Part shown: positions 57,391 through 64,000 of the stretch, piece after piece | Layout: each line of letters starts with the position of its first letter | Numbering within the stretch: the first letter of the stretch is position 1 | From: an uncultured Planctomycetia bacterium | GTDB lineage: Bacteria > Omnitrophota > Gorgyraeia > Tantalellales > Tantalellaceae | DNA: 64,000 nt | Direction of reading: 5' to 3' | Assembly: GCA_964527555.1 (NCBI GenBank) | Contig: CAZGOG010000005.1 | Location: forward strand, 5,863 to 69,862 | Notes under the pieces: model-generated | Seen by the model: only the letters and a program-made list of their open reading frames with translations | What the model was told of the DNA's origin: nothing | Database searches by the model: none | Program-made: the position numbers and the translations under genes

Positions 57391-57582
57391 ATGTATAGAC
57401 GATATGCCGTTAAATTCCATAAGAAGCAGGCAGAGTTCATTAATTGCGTCAACATGGTTGAGAGGATAAAAAAAGCCAGGGCCTTACCTGCGGGCATCTC
57501 CCATCTTGGGGTTAAACGGTATACCATCTCTTCATTCGGGTTCGGTAAGGCTACTCATATAACGGTCAAAGATTGTGCGTAG
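57391..57582 (+). CDS. Possible 63-aa basic small protein
   Basis: GGAGG RBS at suitable spacing; no recognisable motif. Confidence 0.4.
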   Translation: MYRRYAVKFHKKQAEFINCVNMVERIKKARALPAGISHLGVKRYTISSFGFGKATHITVKDCA

Positions 57583-57635
57583 TGTTTGTGTGGTTTGCGC
57601 ATTTAGCGTTCTTTCATTCGGCCTTTAAGTTTTAC

Positions 57636-57753
57636 CCATGCACCAGAAGGCCACGCCCGTAAGGGCGTGGATGAATGGCCTTCGGTGCAGGGTTCCGCTT
57701 GACGGAAAGACTGAAACTGTGGATGCCATGGGCGTTAGCCCATGGAGCTTCAC
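57636..57753 (+). mobile_element. IS200/IS605-type mini-element, family 1 copy D
   Basis: After TTTAC, ends TTCAC; differs from copy B only at GATG vs GATT. Confidence 0.85.
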
Positions 57754-57765
57754 TTAGGGGGACCT

Positions 57766-57951
57766 ATGAAGAAAAAGAAATACCTCCAGGCATGTGAAAT
57801 CGGCGGATCGCTTTACGGGAAGACACAGACGGCTGTCAGAGTCGGTTTTGACAAAAAAGGCGCGGACAAGAAAAGCCTTATGAGGGATTACACCCAGCTT
57901 TATAGACGTCAGATCGCCGTCCTGGATAAAGTCTTCCGCCGGGACAAGTGA
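57766..57951 (+). CDS. Possible 61-aa basic small protein
   Basis: GGGGGA RBS; stop 16 nt before rsmH; no recognisable motif. Confidence 0.5.
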   Translation: MKKKKYLQACEIGGSLYGKTQTAVRVGFDKKGADKKSLMRDYTQLYRRQIAVLDKVFRRDK

Positions 57952-57967
57952 GGGAAAGGATCCTTTA

Positions 57968-58852
57968 GTGCATCTTCCGGTGCTTTTGCATGAAGTGATA
58001 GATCATCTTGATCTTGAGGACGGTGATGTCATCCTTGACGCAACCCTGGGCGGAGGCGGGCACGCCGTAGAAATCCTCAAGAAGATCGTTCCCACCGGGA
58101 CTCTTATAGCGGTAGAAAAAGACCCGGAAGCCATCGAGATAAGCAAGAAGCGTCTTAAAGATTTTGCAAAGAACATCATCTATGTAAATGACGATTTTCG
58201 CAATATAGATAAGATACTGAAAAAAGTAAATATAGAGAAACTTGCCGGCGCGGTATTTGATCTCGGAGTCTCTTCTTTTCAGCTGGATGAGGGGAGAAAA
58301 GGTTTTAGTTTCCTGAGGGACGGCCCCCTTGACATGAGGTTTAATGCCGGGAGGGGCCTCTCAGCCAGGGACATAGTAAACAGCTTCAAGAGAGAGGAAC
58401 TTGCTTCTATCATCAAGGAGTATGGCGAGGAAAGATACGCGCGGCGCGTAGCCGAGGCGATCTGTAAGGCTCGGGAAGAAAAGGCGATCACGACGACCGG
58501 AGAGCTTGCCGATATTATTGTTAAAGCAGTCGGGAATAAGTACCGCAGCCAGAAGCTTCATCCTGCGGTAAGGACTTTTCAGGCGATAAGGATCTTTGTC
58601 AATGACGAGCTTACCTCTATCGAAGAGGCCGCCGGTAAGACGATCGACCATTTAATGGCGGGGGCAAGGATCTGTGTAATCTCGTTTCATTCGCTTGAAG
58701 ACAGGATCGTTAAGAATGCTTTCCGCAGGGAAGCGGTATCCGGAAGGGTCAGGCTCCTGAGGAAAAAACCGATTACGCCGTCCCGGGAGGAACTTGAGCA
58801 TAACGCGCGTTCAAGGAGCGCGAAACTTCGCGTTGCAGAAAGGCTGGCATGA
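57968..58852 (+). CDS. rsmH: 16S rRNA m4C1402 methyltransferase RsmH
   Basis: HLPVLL, DATLGGGGH, DLGVSS, PLDMR, SFHSLEDR, RSRSAKLR. Confidence 0.97.
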   Translation: MHLPVLLHEVIDHLDLEDGDVILDATLGGGGHAVEILKKIVPTGTLIAVEKDPEAIEISKKRLKDFAKNIIYVNDDFRNIDKILKKVNIEKLAGAVFDLGVSSFQLDEGRKGFSFLRDGPLDMRFNAGRGLSARDIVNSFKREELASIIKEYGEERYARRVAEAICKAREEKAITTTGELADIIVKAVGNKYRSQKLHPAVRTFQAIRIFVNDELTSIEEAAGKTIDHLMAGARICVISFHSLEDRIVKNAFRREAVSGRVRLLRKKPITPSREELEHNARSRSAKLRVAERLA

Positions 58853-59208
58853 AACTTTATAAGTCTATTATAATAGGATTAGTACTTACGCTGGTCGCGC
58901 TCGGTTATGTGCATCAACGTGTCGAGATCATTAAAACCGGATATATCCTTCAGGAGAGGAGGAAGTATCTTTCCTACCTCGTTGACCAGAATTCGAACTT
59001 AATGTATAATCTATCCAAACTGGAATCCCCCAGATATTTGCTTGCCTCGCTGAATGAAGAAGAGATAGAATTTGCGAATCATAGGACTAAAAATACGGAT
59101 GACTACCAGCTCGCTTATGTTGCTTCAAGTAATAGTGAGACGGGCACCAGTTTAATCAGCAAGTTTCTTGATCTTTTCACTCCGAGTGCCGAAGCAAGAC
59201 CCCGCTAA
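58849..59208 (+). CDS. ftsL: FtsL-like cell division protein
   Basis: TM plus coiled coil (GY...L..N..L...L.SP); between rsmH and the PBP. Confidence 0.7.
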   Translation: MKLYKSIIIGLVLTLVALGYVHQRVEIIKTGYILQERRKYLSYLVDQNSNLMYNLSKLESPRYLLASLNEEEIEFANHRTKNTDDYQLAYVASSNSETGTSLISKFLDLFTPSAEARPR

Positions 59209-59271
59209 TAATCATGATATAGTCTTATTTCTCTGGCGGCACTAAAGGTAGCCGGAGTGGAGGAGGAGGCA

Positions 59272-60969
59272 ATGTTTAGGGCGCGCCAATATTTGGTATT
59301 TTTCTTCTTGGTATCACTTCTTTCGGCCCTGTTTACAAGACTGTTTTACCTGCAGGTCTTGAGCTACGATAGGTTCTCGGAGATGGCCGCTCTTCAGCAT
59401 ACGAGTGTCCTCAAGGTGGAACCCCGTCGCGGCACCATATTTGACAGGTACATGGAACCTCTGGCCATAAACCTGGATGCCCCGAGTATATATTGTGACC
59501 CCCGCAGTATCACGGATAAGGAACACCTCTCTCGTGTGCTTTCGCAAATCCTTGAGGTAGACCAGCCGGCTCTTTCAGCGAAGCTTTCAAGGGACAAAGC
59601 CTTTGTATGGGTCCAGCGCAAGGTCGACAAGCGCCTGGCAAAAACTATAGAGCAAGAGTCTCTGGAAGGCGTGCACTTTATTCCTGAAAGCGAAAGGAAC
59701 TATTCGAATGATAACATGGCTTCGCATGTTTTGGGATTTGCGGGGATGGATAACGAAGGATTAGAAGGGCTTGAGCTTCTCTTTGATGAAAAACTTAAAG
59801 GCGAAGCCGGATGGCGGCACCTTATAAAAGATGCCAGGAGAAAGACGGTTCTATTTAACGAAAGAGAATCAATCCCGCCGAAGAACGGGTATAACCTGGT
59901 GTTAACTATTGACAGCATAATACAATACATAGTCGAAGAGGAACTTGAAGCTATGGCGCAGAAGTTTCATGCTTCCAGCGCATCGGTCGTAGTAATGGAT
60001 CCTTTCTCCGGTGAGATCCTGGCGATGGCTAACTGGCCGAATTACGATCTTAATGCTTTTTCGGAGACCCCGAGGTATCTTATGAAAAATAGCGCCGTAG
60101 CCAGTATATATGAACCGGGAAGCGTCTTTAAAATAGTCACAGCCAGCGCAGCTTTGAACGAGAAGAGGATCAGCCCCACTGATAGGATTTACTGCGAGAA
60201 CGGCGAGTATAAAGTCGGCGGCCGTATCTTGCACGATTTTCATAGATACGGGGATCTTTCTTTTAGCGAGGTGATATCGAAGTCCAGTAATATCGGTACG
60301 GTCAAAGTGGCCGAGAAACTCGGGAAAGATAAAGTATACGAATATATAAAGAAATTCGGGTTTGGCGAAAAGACAGAAATAGATCTTCCCGGAGAGGTCG
60401 CAGGCATAAGCCGTCCGCCGTCGGTGTGGTCCAAGAGCGATATAACTACCATACCCATAGGCCAAGGGATAGCCGTTACGCCCCTGCAGCTGGCATGTGC
60501 GATAAGTACCATAGCTAACGGCGGATATCTCATGAAACCTTATATCGTGGACAGGATAACGACATGGGAGGGGGGAGTATACAAAAAGTTCGAACCGGAG
60601 ACAAAACGGAGGGTCTTAAGTGAAGAAGCTTCCAGGGAGATGCAAGATATCCTGCACGAAGTGGTAACCAGTGGCACCGGCAAACGTGCCGCGTCCAAGC
60701 TTTACGATGTGTGCGGTAAGACGGGCACCGCTCAGATGGTGAACCCCGCCGGGGGTTATTATCCCGACAAATATTATGCGACGTTTATCGGGTTTGCGCC
60801 TAAGGATTTTCCCCGCATAAGTATCGTTGTTACGGCTGGTGATCCGCATCCCAATCACTTCGGCGGAACTGTTGCAGGCCCCGCTTTTAAGAATATAGCG
60901 GAACGCACCCTAAAGTATTTGGATTCTAATAAAACGGTTCTGGTATATAAAACCGAAGAATGCACATGA
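59272..60969 (+). CDS. ftsI: Class B penicillin-binding protein FtsI
   Basis: RGTIFDR, GLEGLE, EPGSVFK (SxxK), SSN, KTG. Confidence 0.93.
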   Translation: MFRARQYLVFFFLVSLLSALFTRLFYLQVLSYDRFSEMAALQHTSVLKVEPRRGTIFDRYMEPLAINLDAPSIYCDPRSITDKEHLSRVLSQILEVDQPALSAKLSRDKAFVWVQRKVDKRLAKTIEQESLEGVHFIPESERNYSNDNMASHVLGFAGMDNEGLEGLELLFDEKLKGEAGWRHLIKDARRKTVLFNERESIPPKNGYNLVLTIDSIIQYIVEEELEAMAQKFHASSASVVVMDPFSGEILAMANWPNYDLNAFSETPRYLMKNSAVASIYEPGSVFKIVTASAALNEKRISPTDRIYCENGEYKVGGRILHDFHRYGDLSFSEVISKSSNIGTVKVAEKLGKDKVYEYIKKFGFGEKTEIDLPGEVAGISRPPSVWSKSDITTIPIGQGIAVTPLQLACAISTIANGGYLMKPYIVDRITTWEGGVYKKFEPETKRRVLSEEASREMQDILHEVVTSGTGKRAASKLYDVCGKTGTAQMVNPAGGYYPDKYYATFIGFAPKDFPRISIVVTAGDPHPNHFGGTVAGPAFKNIAERTLKYLDSNKTVLVYKTEECT

Positions 60970-60982
60970 TCTAAGAGAAGAC

Positions 60983-62437
60983 ATGGATAAAGCCCTTAAA
61001 ACCATACTCGGAGGAATATCTTTAACTAAAGATAATATCAAAGTGGACTCCCGGCGCGTAAAAGCCGGAGATATCTTTTTTGCCATTAAAGGCACCGTTT
61101 ACGATGGCCATGATTATGTCAAAGAGGTTCTTGAAAAGGGGGCTTCCCGCGTATTGTGTGAACGCGCCTGTCCGGATCTGGCTAAAGAAGCCCGCAAGAA
61201 AGTCATAATAGTCAAGGACAGCCGGGAGGCTCTTGCGGATGCGGCACGCCACCTCTTTAATGATCCTGCCAAGAACCTTTCCGTTTACGGTGTTACCGGA
61301 ACAAACGGAAAGACGACCACGGTATTTCTTATTGATAGCATCTTGAATCATGCTTCGAGATCAAGCGGCTTGGTAAGCACGGTCTTTACAAAAAGCTCGG
61401 GGGATGAACTTAAGCGTTCCTCTATGACCACGCCCGATGCGATCAGCCTTAACCGTCTTCTGCGAGAGATGGTCACATGCGGCAAAAAAGCGGCGGTTAT
61501 CGAAATTTCAAGCCACGCACTCAGCCAAAAAAGGGTCTGGTCCATAGCGCTTGACAGCGCCGTATTTACCAATATAACGCCGGAACACCTGGATTATCAT
61601 AAGGATATGGAAGCGTACCTGCGTGATAAATCAAAGATCTTCCGGAATTTAAAAAGCGGCGGCGTAGCTGCGCTTAACGTGGATGATCCTATGGTAATAG
61701 GGCTGGCGCACTCTATGGATTTCTCGCACCTTGTTACTTTCGGGATGGAAAGCAGCGCCGATGTCCGGGCAAAGGACGTAGAACTCTCAGCCGGGGGGAC
61801 AAGTTTTGAGCTTAGCATGAAAGGCCTCGGTTCCGCGCGTGTGGATTCTCCCTTGATCGGTATGCATAACGTCTATAATATGCTGGCTGCATCGGCTGCG
61901 CTTTTAAAGAGCGGACTTGGTTTAGCCGAGATAAAAGAAGGTCTGGAGAAAGCGCCTCTGGTTAAAGGGCGCCTTGAGGCTGTCGGTGAAGACGCGCCTT
62001 TTGGGGTTTTCGTAGATTATGCGCATACGCCGAACGCGCTGGAAAATGTTCTTAAGTGCCTGAAGCCCCTCGCAAAAGGACGGCTTATCTGCGTCTTCGG
62101 ATGCGGCGGGGACCGTGACAAGACAAAGAGGCCCCTTATGGGCAAAATAGCTGCCCAGATCTCTGATAGTGTGATAATAACAAGCGATAATCCCAGGACA
62201 GAGAACTCTATGGATATCCTTAAGGATATCGAAAAGGGGGTGCTTAATAAAAACAACTATAGTATAATAGACAAGCGCCAGGATGCCATCCAGAAGGCTT
62301 TACGGGAGGCCGAGTCCGGTGACATCGTGATTATTGCCGGCAAAGGTCACGAGGATTACCAGATCATAGGCAGAGAAGTCATACATTTCGATGACAAAGA
62401 AGTAGCATCACAGGTTCTTAAAAGTTTAGGGTATTAA
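60983..62437 (+). CDS. murE: UDP-MurNAc-dipeptide--meso-DAP ligase
   Basis: GTNGKTT, EISSH, HLDYH, DYAHTP, DNPR (DAP specificity), GKGHE. Confidence 0.96.
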   Translation: MDKALKTILGGISLTKDNIKVDSRRVKAGDIFFAIKGTVYDGHDYVKEVLEKGASRVLCERACPDLAKEARKKVIIVKDSREALADAARHLFNDPAKNLSVYGVTGTNGKTTTVFLIDSILNHASRSSGLVSTVFTKSSGDELKRSSMTTPDAISLNRLLREMVTCGKKAAVIEISSHALSQKRVWSIALDSAVFTNITPEHLDYHKDMEAYLRDKSKIFRNLKSGGVAALNVDDPMVIGLAHSMDFSHLVTFGMESSADVRAKDVELSAGGTSFELSMKGLGSARVDSPLIGMHNVYNMLAASAALLKSGLGLAEIKEGLEKAPLVKGRLEAVGEDAPFGVFVDYAHTPNALENVLKCLKPLAKGRLICVFGCGGDRDKTKRPLMGKIAAQISDSVIITSDNPRTENSMDILKDIEKGVLNKNNYSIIDKRQDAIQKALREAESGDIVIIAGKGHEDYQIIGREVIHFDDKEVASQVLKSLGY

Positions 62438-62444
62438 TATTACG

Positions 62445-63818
62445 ATGTTAAAATTCACTCAGGAAGAAATCGCGGAAATCACCGGAGGGAAACTCCTCTC
62501 GGATAAAAACGGAATAGAGATTAGAAATTTTTCGATTGATTCCCGCACGGTTAAAGATAAAGATTTTTTTATTGCTGTTAAAGGCAGTAACTTTGACGGA
62601 CACGATTTTGTGCTGGATGCGATAAAAAAAGGCGCATCGGGCCTCATGGTCGAGCGTTTTACCTGGGAGCATCTGCCGCAGGGAGTAGACTGCGTCATTA
62701 TCGTGGATGACGCGCGGCGTGCCATGGGGCGGATAGCGGGCGAGATAAGAAAACGCTCAAGTGCCAAAATCGTAGCCATTACAGGCACCAACGGCAAGAC
62801 TACGGTCAAGGACATACTGTCGTATATTCTTTCTTTCGGGTACAAGGTCCTTAGAAGCAAAAAATCGTACAATAATATCATAGGTCTCAGCCTTACACTG
62901 TTCGACCTTGAAGAAGAAGACGATATAGCGGTGCTGGAGCTTGGGACTAATCATCCCGGGGAGATTGCAGCTTTGGCGAAGATAGCAAATCCCGACATTG
63001 CGCTGATAACCAATATAGGTTCCGGACACCTGGAACACTTTGGCTCGAGAGAAGGCGTTCTCACTGAAAAGGTGAGTCTTCTTGACTTTTTACCGGAAGG
63101 GGGACTGGCCTTATTGAACAGGGACGATAGTCTCCTTGCCGCTACGGGCGGACGAAGCGGGACGGGTAAGTTCTACGGGACCCATCCGGGCTGCGATTTC
63201 AGGATCAGCAGTATCATGAAAAAAGAGCGGGGATATGAGTTTTTGTTCAACGGGGAGAGATTCTTCCTTCCGTTGGAAGGCATCCATAACGTTTATAACG
63301 CATCTAGTGCCTTGGCGGTGGCCATGTGTCTGGGCATGGAGACGGGCATTATGAGGGAAGCATTACGGGGGGTAACGCTGCCTGAAATGCGTCTTGAGAG
63401 GATAAACATGAACGGCATTACCTTCATCAACGATTCATATAACGCAAACCCCGATTCTTTTGAATGTGCGCTTGAGGTCTTGAAAGAGACGATCAGCCCC
63501 CGAAGGGGTGTAATAGCCGGAGAGATGATGGAGCTGGGGGGCGCGACTGATGAATTACACAGAACAGTCGGAAGAAGCATAGCCGTAAAAGGCATTGATT
63601 TTGTTATCTCTCTGGGAGAGATGTCGAGAGGCATCTTGCGCGGAGCGCTTGAGTACGGAATGGATGAGAGAAACACCTACTTTGCTAAAGATCATGAAGA
63701 TGCCGCCAGGATGCTCCAGCGTTTAGCGGGGGCAAAAGCGGCAGTTTTATTAAAAGGCTCCCGCAAGACAAAAATGGAGGAAGTGCTTAAGTGTTTTACC
63801 ACTTGTTGTACCCATTAA
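62445..63818 (+). CDS. murF: UDP-MurNAc-tripeptide--D-Ala-D-Ala ligase
   Basis: GTNGKTTVK, YNN.IG, ELG, DSYNANP, KGSR. Confidence 0.95.
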   Translation: MLKFTQEEIAEITGGKLLSDKNGIEIRNFSIDSRTVKDKDFFIAVKGSNFDGHDFVLDAIKKGASGLMVERFTWEHLPQGVDCVIIVDDARRAMGRIAGEIRKRSSAKIVAITGTNGKTTVKDILSYILSFGYKVLRSKKSYNNIIGLSLTLFDLEEEDDIAVLELGTNHPGEIAALAKIANPDIALITNIGSGHLEHFGSREGVLTEKVSLLDFLPEGGLALLNRDDSLLAATGGRSGTGKFYGTHPGCDFRISSIMKKERGYEFLFNGERFFLPLEGIHNVYNASSALAVAMCLGMETGIMREALRGVTLPEMRLERINMNGITFINDSYNANPDSFECALEVLKETISPRRGVIAGEMMELGGATDELHRTVGRSIAVKGIDFVISLGEMSRGILRGALEYGMDERNTYFAKDHEDAARMLQRLAGAKAAVLLKGSRKTKMEEVLKCFTTCCTH

Positions 63819-64000
63819 AAGAATTCTGGTTCGCCTTCAATGTTTTCCGGTATATAACATTCCGTGCCAGCATGGCTGCGGTCACGTCGTTTCTCGTGTG
63901 TATAGTGTTCGGACCTGCCATCATAAGGTGGCTTAAGGAACTTAACATAGGCCAGTATGTACGCAAGGAACACGTGGAGAGCATATACGATCTCCACAAA
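63791..64000 (+). CDS. mraY: Phospho-MurNAc-pentapeptide transferase, N-terminal part (truncated by window edge)
   Basis: GTG start; MFYHLLYPLKEFWFAFNVFRYITFRA...GP..I..L...IGQ.VR; follows murF. Confidence 0.88.
   Translation, partial: MFYHLLYPLKEFWFAFNVFRYITFRASMAAVTSFLVCIVFGPAIIRWLKELNIGQYVRKEHVESIYDLHK

Overview
Gene-dense, almost entirely + strand chromosomal window from a diderm bacterium. Gene order and content suggest the PVC superphylum, probably Candidatus Omnitrophota; this is an inference with no database check. Housekeeping blocks: hisS-aspS-phoH-7TM/HD-ybeY-dgkA/PAP2-recO-glyQS-ppdK-sigma70-tRNA-Arg(CCT); an Rrf2-metY-cysK-metX-metW sulfur amino-acid operon; a UvrD/RecB-nuclease fusion next to yhaM; and the start of the dcw cluster (mraZ to mraY). 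No CRISPR array, rRNA, integrase or transposase was found. Most notable observations: (1) an orphan ParA/Soj ATPase fused to a CBM48/AMPK-beta-type glycogen-binding domain, between a membrane-anchored carbohydrate-binding protein and a GH130 phosphorylase, a candidate glycan or granule positioning system; (2) four copies of a 118-119 bp non-autonomous IS200/IS605-type mini-element (TTTAC target, TTCAC end, two GTNA-loop hairpins, guide tetranucleotides fitting the IS608 rule in the intact copies); (3) a second ~161 bp composite structured repeat abutting the RBS of two ribonuclease genes; (4) a c-di-GMP-I riboswitch with a readable translational OFF platform before a GH113-like hydrolase; (5) an arfB plus stand-alone Smr gene pair; (6) several small or mis-started ORFs not resolved by the ORF track.
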